From Hyphomicrobiales bacterium (GTDB lineage: Bacteria; Pseudomonadota; Alphaproteobacteria; Rhizobiales; Aestuariivirgaceae): 64,000 nt of DNA. The notes under the pieces are model-generated. The model saw only the letters and a program-made list of their open reading frames with translations. It made no database searches and was not told where the DNA came from. The stretch spans positions 29,872 through 93,871 of the forward strand of contig JAYUVC010000184.1 in the NCBI GenBank assembly GCA_043754325.1, written 5' to 3'. How positions within the stretch are numbered: the first letter of the stretch is position 1; the number at the start of each line of letters is the position of its first letter. Of this stretch, positions 19,423 to 29,766 are shown piece after piece. The position numbers and the translations under genes are program-made.

Positions 19423-20610
19423 ATGTCTACAATGAAACAAACAGCCGCAGCGCTTTTGGCTGCAACGTCAATGCTGGCCAGTGCCGTGGCACCAGTGGTT
19501 GCGCAAGAAATGAAAAAGGAAGTGGGTGCCGGCGAAGGTCAGGTCAACATTCTGGCTTGGCCCGGCTACATTGAACGCGGTGCCACAGACAAGAATTATG
19601 ACTGGGTGACGGAGTTCGAAAAAAAGACAAGCTGCAAGGTGAATGTAAAGACCGGCGGAACGTCAGACGAAATGGTAGCCCTCATGAACGAAGGCGGCTT
19701 TGACCTCGTCACGGCATCCGGTGACGCCAGCCTGCGCCTGATCAAAGGCAAACGCGTGCAAGCCGTGAACCTGGACCTGATCCCGTCCTTCAAGGATGTG
19801 GATGAGCGGTTGAAGTCGGCTGCCTGGCACACGGTTGATGGTGCGCATTATGGCACGCCGTATCAATGGGGTGCCAATGTGCTGGCTTACAACACCAAGG
19901 TTTTCCCGGAGGCCCCCAAGAGCTGGTCGGTGGTGTTCGAAGAACAGAACCTGCCCGATGGCAAGTCCAACAAGGGCCGCATTCAAGCCTTTGACGGTCC
20001 AATTTACATCGCCGATGCAGCGCTCTATTTGATGAAAAAGAAGCCTGAACTTGGCATCAAGGATCCTTATGAACTGAACGAAGCGCAATACAAGGAAGCG
20101 CTCAACTTGCTGCGCCAGCAAAAGAAGCTGGTCAACCGCTATTGGCACGATGCGTTCCTGCAAATGGATGATTTCAAGAACGAAGGTGTTGTGGCATCCT
20201 CGTCGTGGCCGTTTCAGGTGAATATTTTGCAGGCTGACAAAGCTGCAATGGAAAAGACACCAATCGCGTCGACCATTCCGGAAGAAGGAGCAACAGGCTG
20301 GGCTGATACCACCATGCTGGCGGCTGACGCTGCCAATCCCAATTGCGCTTATATGTGGATGGAGCATTCGCTGTCGCCGAAAGTTCAGGGCGATGTCGCG
20401 GCGTGGTTCGGGTCCGTTCCGTCAAACCCAATGGCCTGCAAGGGCAATGCACTGCTGACCGATACAGGCTGTGACACCAATGGCATCCAGAACTTCGACA
20501 GGATTTCCTTCTGGCGCACACCGGTTGCAAAGTGCGCGTCACAGGCGGATGGCTGCGTGCCGTATCACCGCTGGGTGAGTGACATGATTGCGGTACTGGG
20601 GGGAAGGTAA
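19423..20610 (+). CDS. ydcS: Polyamine-family ABC substrate-binding protein (YdcS-like)
   Basis: AWPGYIERG, DWVTEFEK, PYQWG, EGATGWAD. Start MSTMKQ preceded by GGAG. Confidence 0.85.
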   Translation: MSTMKQTAAALLAATSMLASAVAPVVAQEMKKEVGAGEGQVNILAWPGYIERGATDKNYDWVTEFEKKTSCKVNVKTGGTSDEMVALMNEGGFDLVTASGDASLRLIKGKRVQAVNLDLIPSFKDVDERLKSAAWHTVDGAHYGTPYQWGANVLAYNTKVFPEAPKSWSVVFEEQNLPDGKSNKGRIQAFDGPIYIADAALYLMKKKPELGIKDPYELNEAQYKEALNLLRQQKKLVNRYWHDAFLQMDDFKNEGVVASSSWPFQVNILQADKAAMEKTPIASTIPEEGATGWADTTMLAADAANPNCAYMWMEHSLSPKVQGDVAAWFGSVPSNPMACKGNALLTDTGCDTNGIQNFDRISFWRTPVAKCASQADGCVPYHRWVSDMIAVLGGR

Positions 20611-20622
20611 GAACTGGACTCG

Positions 20623-20745
20623 CGTTCCCTCATCCGGCGCTTCGCGCCACCTTCTCCCGCCAAGAGAGGCGGGAGAAGAAAGGTTATTGTCTTCTCCCGC
20701 GCTTCTTGCGGGAGAAGGTGCCCGAAGGGCGGATGAGGGGCAACG
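20623..20745. repeat. Palindromic repeat, family A (CIR-like)
   Basis: CCCTCATCCGGCGCTTCGCGCCACCTTCTCCCG..CGGGAGAAG - 12 nt - CTTCTCCCG..CGGGAGAAGGTGCCCGAAGGGCGGATGAGGGG. Confidence 0.9.
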
Positions 20746-20773
20746 GGCTCCACCGCCAGAAAATTGGTCCCCC

Positions 20774-21778
20774 ATGCCTACAGCCGTCTCATTCCAGAAC
20801 GTCTCCCGCCATTTCGGTTCCGTCAAAGCTGTAGACAGTGTGAACCTTGACATTGCCGGGGGTGAGTTCTTTGCCATGCTGGGTCCATCTGGTTCTGGCA
20901 AGACGACCTGCTTGCGCTTGATCGCGGGGTTTGAACACCCGACGGCGGGACACATTGAGATTTTTGGTGAAACGGCTGAGGGTGTTCCGCCCTATCGGCG
21001 CAATGTGAACACGGTGTTCCAGGACTATGCGCTGTTTCCACATATGACAATTTTGGACAATGTGGCTTATGGCTTGATGGTGAAGGGTGTTGCGCGGGGG
21101 GCGCGACATGCCAAGGCTGAAGAGGCACTGAAGCTTGTAGCACTGGGTGGTTATGGTGCCCGGCGGCCCGGACAAATGTCGGGCGGGCAACGGCAGCGCG
21201 TGGCCTTGGCACGGGCATTGGTGAATGAGCCAAAAGTGTTGTTGCTGGATGAGCCGTTGGGGGCATTGGATTTGAAACTGCGCGAGCAGATGCAGGTCGA
21301 GCTCAAATCCCTGCAGCGGCAATTGGGGATTACGTTTGTGTTTGTGACGCATGACCAAGGCGAGGCCTTGTCGATGGCTGATCGCGTGGCAGTATTCAAC
21401 GATGGCCAAATTGTGCAGGTGGGAACACCTGAGGACATTTACGAACGGCCTGCGACCAGGTTTGTGGCGCAGTTTGTGGGATCTTCAAATGTGTTGTCAC
21501 CTGAGGTTTCGAAAAACTTTGGTGGCCCTGCCCGCTGGACAAGTCTGCGGCCGGAGCGGATCAGTGTTGGAGAAAAAACGGCGGGAGGCGATGTTGCTGT
21601 TGCGCGTGGCACAGTATCGTCGGTGCATTATCAGGGTTCAATTTCGAAGCTGCATGTGAAGCTGGCGGGCGGCGACACGGTTATTGCGACAATTCCCTCC
21701 GGTGGTTTCACCGGCACCGAAACAGTGCATTTGTCGTGGCCGAAAAGCGCCATGCATGTGCTGGATGGTGAAGCGTGA
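20774..21778 (+). CDS. ydcT: Polyamine ABC ATP-binding protein (YdcT/PotA-like)
   Basis: GPSGSGKT, MSGGQRQR, LLDEPL, C-terminal TOBE-like region. Start MPTAVSF. Confidence 0.88.
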   Translation: MPTAVSFQNVSRHFGSVKAVDSVNLDIAGGEFFAMLGPSGSGKTTCLRLIAGFEHPTAGHIEIFGETAEGVPPYRRNVNTVFQDYALFPHMTILDNVAYGLMVKGVARGARHAKAEEALKLVALGGYGARRPGQMSGGQRQRVALARALVNEPKVLLLDEPLGALDLKLREQMQVELKSLQRQLGITFVFVTHDQGEALSMADRVAVFNDGQIVQVGTPEDIYERPATRFVAQFVGSSNVLSPEVSKNFGGPARWTSLRPERISVGEKTAGGDVAVARGTVSSVHYQGSISKLHVKLAGGDTVIATIPSGGFTGTETVHLSWPKSAMHVLDGEA

Positions 21779-22677
21779 CCAGTGTGGCGGACTGGCTGTA
21801 TCGTCGGCCAAAACATTTTCTGTTGCTGCTGTTTCTACCGCCGCTGTTGTGGCTTGGCATTATCTATCTGGCGTCGCTGTTCTTCATGCTGTCCCAGGCG
21901 TTTTTCTCGATTGATGACTTTTCGGGGCTGGTGGTTTACGAACCCACTTTGTCCACCATTACCAAATTGTTCCAGCCCGCGAATTACGACATCATCATCC
22001 GTACCATTGTGATGGCGGCGGTGGTCACCATTGCGTCGGCTGTCATTGCCTATCCCCTTGCCTATTTCGCGGCGCGCTATGCCCGCGGCAAATGGAAAGC
22101 GGTGTTCTATCTGCTGATCATGCTGCCGCTGTGGTCAAGCTATCTGGTGAAAGTCTATTCCTGGAAACTCATTCTTGCGAAAGAAGGCATTGTGTCGTGG
22201 CTTGCCGGAAAGCTCAATCTGACTTGGGCCCTTGAAGGTTTGCTTGCCACACCGGTTATCGGCGGGCCATCGCTTTCAACGAGCTACATCGGCACCTTCA
22301 TCGTGTTTGTCTATATCTGGCTGCCCTATATGATTTTACCAACGCAGGCGGCACTGGAACGGGTGCCCGCAAACCTGATTGAAGCCTCGGCTGACCTTGG
22401 TGGCAACCCCGCGCAGACGTTCCGCCATGTGCTGTGGCCACTGGCCCTGCCCGGTCTGGTGGCGGGTTCCATCTTTACGTTCTCGCTCACACTGGGGGAC
22501 TATATCATTCCGCAGGTGATTGGCGGCCCGCAACAATTCCTCGGCAATGTGGTCTACCTGCAGCACATCAAGGCGGGAAATCCGCCGCTTGCTGCCGCCT
22601 TCACCGTGGTGCCGATTGTGATCATGCTGGTTTATCTCTCCATCGCAAAACGCATGGGGGCCTTCAATGCGCTCTGA
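21775..22677 (+). CDS. ydcU: Polyamine ABC permease (YdcU/PotB-like)
   Basis: Hydrophobic, EAA motif [10 protein letters not shown]. Confidence 0.85.
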   Translation: MTSVADWLYRRPKHFLLLLFLPPLLWLGIIYLASLFFMLSQAFFSIDDFSGLVVYEPTLSTITKLFQPANYDIIIRTIVMAAVVTIASAVIAYPLAYFAARYARGKWKAVFYLLIMLPLWSSYLVKVYSWKLILAKEGIVSWLAGKLNLTWALEGLLATPVIGGPSLSTSYIGTFIVFVYIWLPYMILPTQAALERVPANLIEASADLGGNPAQTFRHVLWPLALPGLVAGSIFTFSLTLGDYIIPQVIGGPQQFLGNVVYLQHIKAGNPPLAAAFTVVPIVIMLVYLSIAKRMGAFNAL

Positions 22678-23482
22678 CGTGTCAGCACGGCCTTCCTGGT
22701 GGCTGAGCGCTGCAACGGTGGCGGCATTGTTGTTCATCCACGTGCCGTTGCTGCTGATTATTGTTTATGCCTTTTCGGCTGATGTGTCGTTTCAGTTTCC
22801 GCCTTCGGGTTACACCACGCAATGGTTTGCTGTGGCGTGGGAACGGAAGGATTTGTGGGCGGCCCTCGCCCTGTCGTTCAAGGTGGCGGCAATTGCAACA
22901 TTGGTTGCACTGGTGTTGGGAACGCTGGCTGCGGCGGCATTGTGGAAGTCGCGGTTTTTCGGCAAGGATTATGTGTCGCTGCTGTTCATTTTGCCCATAG
23001 CGCTTCCCGGCATCATCACCGGCATTGCGCTTCGCTCGGCGTTCAACGTCATGGACATTCCATTCTCGATCTGGACCGTCGTGCTGGGTCACGCCACGTT
23101 CTGCATGGTGGTGGTTTACAACAATGTGCTGGCGCGTTTCAGGCGCTTGTCGAGGTCAATGATTGAAGCATCGATGGATCTGGGCGCAGACGGCTTTCAG
23201 ACATTCCGTTATGTGGTGTTGCCACAAATCGGTTCGGCCTTGCTGGCAGGCGGCATGCTGGCCTTTGCGCTGTCGTTTGACGAAGTCATCGTGACTGTAT
23301 TCACCAGCGGCCTTGAAAACCAAACGTTGCCGATCTGGATTTATGACCAGATGTTCAAGCCGCGCGAACGCCCGGTGACGAATGTTGCGGCGGTATTGGT
23401 GATGCTGATCACGCTGGTGCCGGTGCTGGCGGCCTATTACCTGACCCGCGATGCCGAGCACACGGGTGGAGCGGGCAAATAG
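22667..23482 (+). CDS. ydcV: Polyamine ABC permease (YdcV/PotC-like)
   Basis: [24 protein letters not shown]. Confidence 0.85.
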   Translation: MRSDVSARPSWWLSAATVAALLFIHVPLLLIIVYAFSADVSFQFPPSGYTTQWFAVAWERKDLWAALALSFKVAAIATLVALVLGTLAAAALWKSRFFGKDYVSLLFILPIALPGIITGIALRSAFNVMDIPFSIWTVVLGHATFCMVVVYNNVLARFRRLSRSMIEASMDLGADGFQTFRYVVLPQIGSALLAGGMLAFALSFDEVIVTVFTSGLENQTLPIWIYDQMFKPRERPVTNVAAVLVMLITLVPVLAAYYLTRDAEHTGGAGK

Positions 23483-23488
23483 CAGCCG

Positions 23489-23917
23489 CTATAAAATATA
23501 AACCCGAAGTGAACCGTTGGATCCCACATCGACCGCAACCACGCGGCTCAGGGAAACACCATGATCAGCCAGCGCCCTGCGTGTTGCAGGATTTGCCCTC
23601 AAAGCCGCACGCAGCCTGTTGATGCCGCCAGCGTTCTTTTCAACCATCAAACGGTATTCCTGGATTGTGTCGGTGTAATCACCAATGAACCGCGATGAGC
23701 CGATTGAATCACGACGCAAATTGATGACACCAACGGCTGGCACGTTTTTGATGCGTGAAATTTTCTGTGCTGTTGAACCCGCACGCATGATGGTGGCATC
23801 AACCGGAACACCTGCCACAAGGTTTGACCGGGCTTCAGCCAGGGGCACGCCAATCACAGCGCTGGCCAAGGCCATGGCACCAGCAAGTCTGGACAGGGTA
23901 AGAATGCGACGTTTCAT
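23489..23917 (-). CDS. Hypothetical secreted protein
   Basis: 142-aa ORF with a clear signal peptide (AEA site) filling the intergenic gap. No function recognised. Confidence 0.7.
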   Translation of the reverse strand: MKRRILTLSRLAGAMALASAVIGVPLAEARSNLVAGVPVDATIMRAGSTAQKISRIKNVPAVGVINLRRDSIGSSRFIGDYTDTIQEYRLMVEKNAGGINRLRAALRANPATRRALADHGVSLSRVVAVDVGSNGSLRVYIL

Positions 23918-24000
23918 GGCGACCTCCAGATGCTTGAACCATAGAGGTTGGTCGTCGTCAGTTAGAATTCAAGGGATTTAATGCATCGGGCGTCAAAAGG

Positions 24001-24092
24001 CCCTTCGAGGCCCGCAAGAGGGCGGGCACCTCAGGGTGAGGGAATACGAATGGTCCTCATGCTGAGGTGCGAGCCCTTTGCGAGCCTCGAAG
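24001..24092. repeat. Palindromic repeat, family C, copy 3 (opposite orientation)
   Basis: Reverse complement matches the 11214/13200 arms; lies just after the parE stop. Confidence 0.9.
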
Positions 24093-24103
24093 CACGCACC
24101 ACC

Positions 24104-26131
24104 TCACACATCCAGCGCCGCTTCCTCCACAAACTGCGCCCGTTCGCTGATGAAGTTGAACCTTTCCTCTGGCTTGTTGCCCATTAGTTGTTCAACCACC
24201 CTTGCGGTGTTGTTGCGTTCTGCGTCGCTCAGCGTGACGCGCAACAGCAGGCGCTTTGACGGGTCCATGGTGGTTTCCTTGAGTTGCGGAGCTGTCATTT
24301 CTCCCAAGCCCTTGAAGCGGCCGACTTCGGTTTTGCGGCCACCGAACATGGTTTTCAACAATTCATCCTTATGCTGATCATTTCGGGCATAGGCGTTTTT
24401 GCCGCCTTGGCTGAGGCGATAGAGCGGCGGCACTGCCAGATACAAATGACCCTGGTCGATGAGCAGTGGCATTTGGCGGTAAAAGAATGTGATCAGCAAT
24501 GAGGCGATATGCGCACCATCCACATCGGCATCGGTCATGATGATGACCTTGTCATAGCGCAGATCTTCTTCGCGGTAGGAGCTGCCCGTCCCTGCTCCAA
24601 GCGCCTGCGTGAGGTCGCCGATTTGCTGGTTGCCTGCGAGCTTGTCCTTGCCGGCGTTGGCGACGTTGAGAATTTTGCCGCGCAAGGGGAGCACGGCCTG
24701 ATTCTCGCGGTTGCGGGCTTGCTTGGCGGAGCCTCCAGCGGAATCGCCTTCGACAATGAACAGCTCCGAGCCTTGCAACTGGTTGGCCGAACAGTCCGCC
24801 AATTTTCCCGGCAGGCGCAATTTTCGCACGGCAGTCTTGCGGCCCACTTCTTTTTCCTGACGGCGGCGGAGGCGGTCTTCGGCGCGGTCGATGATCCAGT
24901 CAAGCAAACGGTCGGCCTGGGCGGGGTGGCCTGTGAGCCAATGGTCGAAATGGTCGCCCACGGCCTTGTCCACAATCTTCACGGCTTCGACGGTGGCAAG
25001 CTTGTCCTTCGTCTGGCCCACGAATTCCGGTTCACGAATGAACACCGACAACATGGCACCGGACTGCACCATCACATCTTCCGCCGTGACAACGCTGGCG
25101 CGTTTGTTGTTTTTCATCTCGGCATAGTTTTTCAACGAACGTGTGAGTGCCGTGCGAAAGCCAATTTCGTGGGTGCCACCGTCGGCTGTCGGTATGGTAT
25201 TACAGTAGGACGACATGAAGCCGTCTTCACCACCGAACCACGCTACCGCCCATTCGACGCTGCCATGCCCGCCGTCCTTGTCAAGCTTGCCGAAGAAAGC
25301 TTCATCCACCACGCGGGTGCGGCCTTCGAGGCGTTCTTCGAGGAAGTCTTTCAACCCGCCGGGGAAATGGAATACGGCTTGCGCGGGGATTTCCTTGTCC
25401 TTCAAATGGGTTGTAGCACAGTTCCAACGGATTTCGACGCCGCCGTAAAGATAGGATTTGGAGCGCGCCATTTTGTAAAGCCGTGCTGCGTTGAACAGCG
25501 TGTTCTTGCCGAAGATCTGGTCATCAGGCTTGAATTTCACCATGGTGCCACGGCGGCCTGACACCTTGCCGAGATTTTGGATTGGCCCGGTGCTTTTGCC
25601 GCGCCGGAATTCCTGTCGATACAGTTGTTGGCCACGCGCCACTTCGACGATCAAATGTTCTGACAGGGCGTTCACCACGGACACGCCAACGCCATGCAAA
25701 CCGCCCGATGTATCATAAGCACCGGAGTCGAATTTTCCGCCGGCGTGAAGCACTGTCAGCACAACTTCGATGGTGGATTTGTCTTTGAACTTGGGGTGCG
25801 GTTCCGGCGGAATACCGCGGCCATTGTCTGTCACCGCAAGATAGCCGTCTTCAAAATATTCGACTTCAATGCGGGTGGCGTGGCCCGCCACGGCTTCATC
25901 CATGGAATTGTCAATGACTTCGGCAAAGAGATGATGCAGGGCTTTTTCATCCGTGCCGCCGATATACATGCCGGGGCGGCGGCGCACGGGTTCAAGGCCT
26001 TCGAGCACTTCAATATCATCAGCCGTGTAGCTGTCTTCGCCACGCGATTTGGCGGTGGCTTTGGATTTCTGCTGCTTCGGCGGTTCCGGCGCATCGCCGA
26101 AAAGATCATTGGTATTGGGTGTTTTGGCCAT
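24104..26131 (-). CDS. parE: DNA topoisomerase IV subunit B
   Basis: GLEPVRRRPGMYIG, LHAGGKF, EGDSAGGSAK, PLRGKILN, MTDADVDG, RFKGLGEM. Short C-terminus without the GyrB insertion. Confidence 0.95.
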   Translation of the reverse strand: MAKTPNTNDLFGDAPEPPKQQKSKATAKSRGEDSYTADDIEVLEGLEPVRRRPGMYIGGTDEKALHHLFAEVIDNSMDEAVAGHATRIEVEYFEDGYLAVTDNGRGIPPEPHPKFKDKSTIEVVLTVLHAGGKFDSGAYDTSGGLHGVGVSVVNALSEHLIVEVARGQQLYRQEFRRGKSTGPIQNLGKVSGRRGTMVKFKPDDQIFGKNTLFNAARLYKMARSKSYLYGGVEIRWNCATTHLKDKEIPAQAVFHFPGGLKDFLEERLEGRTRVVDEAFFGKLDKDGGHGSVEWAVAWFGGEDGFMSSYCNTIPTADGGTHEIGFRTALTRSLKNYAEMKNNKRASVVTAEDVMVQSGAMLSVFIREPEFVGQTKDKLATVEAVKIVDKAVGDHFDHWLTGHPAQADRLLDWIIDRAEDRLRRRQEKEVGRKTAVRKLRLPGKLADCSANQLQGSELFIVEGDSAGGSAKQARNRENQAVLPLRGKILNVANAGKDKLAGNQQIGDLTQALGAGTGSSYREEDLRYDKVIIMTDADVDGAHIASLLITFFYRQMPLLIDQGHLYLAVPPLYRLSQGGKNAYARNDQHKDELLKTMFGGRKTEVGRFKGLGEMTAPQLKETTMDPSKRLLLRVTLSDAERNNTARVVEQLMGNKPEERFNFISERAQFVEEAALDV

Positions 26132-26396
26132 AAGTGATTTGCTCAATCGAATCGTTTGGAGCAGTCTTACAGAAGCAGGCGGGGATTGGGGAATATGCTT
26201 GTTTACAGGCGTAAGGAGAGGACCTCATCAGCCCTTTCCAACGATCGGTGCAGCAACTGAGAGAAAGTGGATTACCGCAACAAGACCGACAGTGATGAGC
26301 ATATCCAAATTGGCACCATAAAAACGTCTTTACTTGGCTGCGCCATGCCCTAAATCGCACGCTTTCGTTTGACGCCACAGAAGGAGACGCCAAACC

Positions 26397-27827
26397 ATGT
26401 CTACCCATCCCATTCACGCCAACTGGAACGGCCCGATTGTCATGCTGGGCTTTGGCTCTATTGGTCGCGGTTCATTGCCGCTGATCTTGCGCCACATCGC
26501 CTGTGACAAATCGAGGATCACCATCATTGATCCATCAGATGAAAACAAATGGATTGCCGAAAAGGAAGGCATCACCTTTGTGCAATCTGCCATTACGCGG
26601 AAGAATTACAAGAAGCTGTTGAAGCCGCTGCTCACTGCTGGCCCCGGACCTGCTTTCATCGTCAACCTGACGGTGGATGTGGATGCGATGGATATCATTC
26701 GCCTTGCCCGCGACACAGGATCGATATGCCTTGATACAGTGATCGAACCCTGGCCCGGTTTTTATTACAACAAGAATCTGACCAACGCCGACCGCACCAA
26801 TTACGCCATGCGCGAGTTGCTGCTGAAGTTGAAAAGCGAATTGGGCAAGGGGCCGACGGCTGTTTCCTGCTGTGGTGCCAATCCCGGCATGGTAAGCTGG
26901 TTTGTCAAGGATGCGTTGCTGAACCTGGCATCAGACATGAAGATCAAACACGTCAAGCCCACGTCAAGGGACGGCTGGGCAAAGCTGATGCAAAAGGTTG
27001 GCGTCAAGGGCATTCACATTGCCGAGCGTGACACGCAGCGCATCAAAAAACAAAAACCCGTTGATACCTTCCTCAACACATGGTCCGTGGACGGATTTGT
27101 TTCGGAAGGATTGCAACCTGCCGAGATGGGTTGGGGCAGCCACGAAAAGAAACTGCCGCCTGAGGGACGTCGCCACAACCATGGCTCGAAAGCCGCGATT
27201 TATCTGGAACGTCCGGGGGCTGATACCCGCGTGCTGACCTGGACGCCGACGATTGGGGAACATTTCGGATTTCTCGTCACACACAACGAAGCGATTTCGA
27301 TTTCGGATTATTACACTGTCAAAACGGGTCGCGCTGTCACGTACCGCCCGACCTGCAACTATGCCTATCACCCCTGCAACGACGCCATTCTGTCATGGCA
27401 TGAATTGTTGGGGGCTGGTGGCAAGCGGCAGTCGAAGCAACATGTCCTGACCGAAGATGAAATCGCCGATGGCGGCGACGAGCTTGGCGTGTTGATGTAT
27501 GGCCACAAGAAAAACGCCTATTGGTATGGCTCAAAACTTTCAATCGACGAAGCGCGGGCACTGGCACCCTATCAAAATGCCACGGGCATGCAGGTCACGT
27601 CAGCGGTGTTGGCGGGCATGGTGTGGGCCATCGAGAACCCGGATTGTGGTATTGTTGAAACCGACGAGATGGACCATGTGCGCTGTCTCGAAGTGCAGCG
27701 CCCCTATCTGGGCAAACTGGCTGGATATTATACCGACTGGAATCCGCTTTCACAGCGCGTGCAGTTTTTTGATGAGAAGCTGGACCGGAAGGATCCATGG
27801 CAGTTTTCGAATATTTTGATGCGTTAG
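26397..27827 (+). CDS. hss: Homospermidine synthase
   Basis: GFGSIG, GANPGMVS, NTWSVDG, HNEAISI, YAYHPC, NATGMQV, DPWQF. Confidence 0.95.
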   Translation: MSTHPIHANWNGPIVMLGFGSIGRGSLPLILRHIACDKSRITIIDPSDENKWIAEKEGITFVQSAITRKNYKKLLKPLLTAGPGPAFIVNLTVDVDAMDIIRLARDTGSICLDTVIEPWPGFYYNKNLTNADRTNYAMRELLLKLKSELGKGPTAVSCCGANPGMVSWFVKDALLNLASDMKIKHVKPTSRDGWAKLMQKVGVKGIHIAERDTQRIKKQKPVDTFLNTWSVDGFVSEGLQPAEMGWGSHEKKLPPEGRRHNHGSKAAIYLERPGADTRVLTWTPTIGEHFGFLVTHNEAISISDYYTVKTGRAVTYRPTCNYAYHPCNDAILSWHELLGAGGKRQSKQHVLTEDEIADGGDELGVLMYGHKKNAYWYGSKLSIDEARALAPYQNATGMQVTSAVLAGMVWAIENPDCGIVETDEMDHVRCLEVQRPYLGKLAGYYTDWNPLSQRVQFFDEKLDRKDPWQFSNILMR

Positions 27828-27828
27828 C

Positions 27829-27940
27829 CACCCCCTCCCCCCTTCGGGGTACTCCCCCGGCAAGTGGGCCGAGGGAGAAATGATTGACTATCTCCCTCGG
27901 CTTTTGGGCCGGGGGAGTACGGCGAAGCCGGGAGGGGGTG
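27829..27940. repeat. Palindromic repeat, family B variant
   Basis: CACCCCCTCCCCCCTTCGGGGTACTCCCCCGG ... CCGGGGGAGTACGGCGAAGCCGGGAGGGGGTG, starting 2 bp after the hss stop. Confidence 0.85.
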
Positions 27941-27993
27941 TGTCCACGCGCTTCCATTCCAAATATGATTGTTGCACCCGTAGGAACCACACC

Positions 27994-29766
27994 ATGATTC
28001 GCCGAACATTCCTTTTCGCCACAGCCCTGATGCTCTCAACATCACCCGCCTTTGCTACCCCCAAACACGGCATTGCCATGCAAGGCGAACCAGCCCTTCC
28101 GCCGGACTTCAAGAACCTGCCTTACGTCAATCCCGACGCACCGCAAGGCGGCACTTTGCGGCAAGCCACCACGGGCACTTTTGACACGCTCAATCCTTTC
28201 ATCATCAAGGGCAACGCCGCAACCGGCATTCGCACCTATGTGTTTGAAAGCCTGATGGCGCGGAACGGTGATGAGCCGTTTTCGCTTTATGGATTGCTGG
28301 CGGAAAGTATTGATGTGTCGGATGACCGGCAAACATTCACGTTCAAGATCAGACCGGAAGCGAAATTCTCCGATGGCTCGCCCGTGACGGCGGCTGACGT
28401 GGCGTTTTCGATGGAGACATTGCGCGACAAAGGCCGCCCGAACTACAAAAACAATTACAGCAAAATCAAGTCAGTCGAGACGCCGGATGATCACACCCTG
28501 GTATTCAGGCAGGATGTCGGTGACCGCGAGTTGCCGCTGATCATTGGCCTGATGCCGATCCTCTCGAAAAAATCCTGGGAGGGGCGCAACTTTGATGAGA
28601 CGACGTTGACGCCGTTGATTGGCTCAGGCCCCTATGTTGTGGGCGATGTGAAAACCGATGAAAGCATCACCTATAAAAAGAATGCCGGATATTGGGGGAA
28701 AAGTCTTGCCATCAACAAGGGTCTCTGGAATTTTGACAGCGTGCGGTTTGATTATTACCGCGACGCCAATGCCGCTTTTGAAGCTTTCAAGAAAGGCGAT
28801 TCAGATGTGCGCATGGAGGAAGACCCCAACCGCTGGACCAAGGCTTATGATTTTGCCGCGGTGACGGACGGCAAGGTGATAAAAGAATTCGTCGAGCAAC
28901 GCTCGCCAGCACCTGCTGCCGGTTTTGCATTCAATACACGGCGCAAGATTTTTGAGGATGTGCGGGTGCGCGAGGCTTTGGTGATTGCGTTTGATTTCGA
29001 ATGGGCCAACACCAATTTGTTCAGCGACAGTTACAAGCGGATTCATGGATATTATTCAGGCTCGGCGCTGAGCTCAAAAGCGGTGGCTGCTGATGCTGCG
29101 GAATTGGCAATCATCGGTGCCGCTGGTTTACCCGCTGCGCACCTCGATGGAAGCTATACGCTTCCGGTGAGTGATGGGTCGGGCAAGGACCGCAAAAACC
29201 TGCGGAAAGCTGTGGGACTCTTGAGCGAGGCCGGATGGAACATCGCTGATGGAAAATTGCTCGACGGGCAAGGCAAGCAATTTGCTTTCACCATCACCAT
29301 TGGCGGTGCCGATCTGGAGCCGATGGCATTGCATTTTCAACGGACCCTGCAATTGATTGGCATCGACGTGCAAATCAAAACGGCAGATGCCGCGCAATTC
29401 ACAGCCCTGCAGAAAAGCTATGATTTCGACATGATGCCGGTGACGTGGTTCAATTCCTTGTCGCCGGGAAATGAACAAAAACTCTACTTCGGTTCGGATG
29501 GCCGCACCAAACAGGGCACCCGCAATTATCCTGGCATTGCGGACACTAAAATTGACGCGGCCATTGAAGCGATGTTGAAAGCGCCAAACCGGGCTGCGTT
29601 TGAATCAGCAGTGCGGGCCGAGGATCGCTTGCTGGTGGCCGGGCATTACGTCGTGCCGCTCTATGCCAAGGGCGGCCAGTGGGTGGCGCGGTGGACCTAT
29701 ATTGGCAGGCCCGACAAGCAGCCGCTTCCCGGCTTTGAAGCAACCACCTTGTGGCGAGAACCCTGA
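27994..29766 (+). CDS. ABC substrate-binding protein family 5 (YejA-like)
   Basis: HGIAMQGEP, FDTLNPF, YGLLAESI, GSGPY, FNTRR..F.D.RVREAL; RR-containing signal peptide. Confidence 0.9.
   Translation: MIRRTFLFATALMLSTSPAFATPKHGIAMQGEPALPPDFKNLPYVNPDAPQGGTLRQATTGTFDTLNPFIIKGNAATGIRTYVFESLMARNGDEPFSLYGLLAESIDVSDDRQTFTFKIRPEAKFSDGSPVTAADVAFSMETLRDKGRPNYKNNYSKIKSVETPDDHTLVFRQDVGDRELPLIIGLMPILSKKSWEGRNFDETTLTPLIGSGPYVVGDVKTDESITYKKNAGYWGKSLAINKGLWNFDSVRFDYYRDANAAFEAFKKGDSDVRMEEDPNRWTKAYDFAAVTDGKVIKEFVEQRSPAPAAGFAFNTRRKIFEDVRVREALVIAFDFEWANTNLFSDSYKRIHGYYSGSALSSKAVAADAAELAIIGAAGLPAAHLDGSYTLPVSDGSGKDRKNLRKAVGLLSEAGWNIADGKLLDGQGKQFAFTITIGGADLEPMALHFQRTLQLIGIDVQIKTADAAQFTALQKSYDFDMMPVTWFNSLSPGNEQKLYFGSDGRTKQGTRNYPGIADTKIDAAIEAMLKAPNRAAFESAVRAEDRLLVAGHYVVPLYAKGGQWVARWTYIGRPDKQPLPGFEATTLWREP

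Noticed and set aside
26231-26298. Small hydrophobic minus-strand ORF (MLITVGLVAVIHFLSVAAPIVGKG) upstream of parE
   Set aside because: No clear SD and no independent support. No riboswitch could be recognised upstream of hss either.
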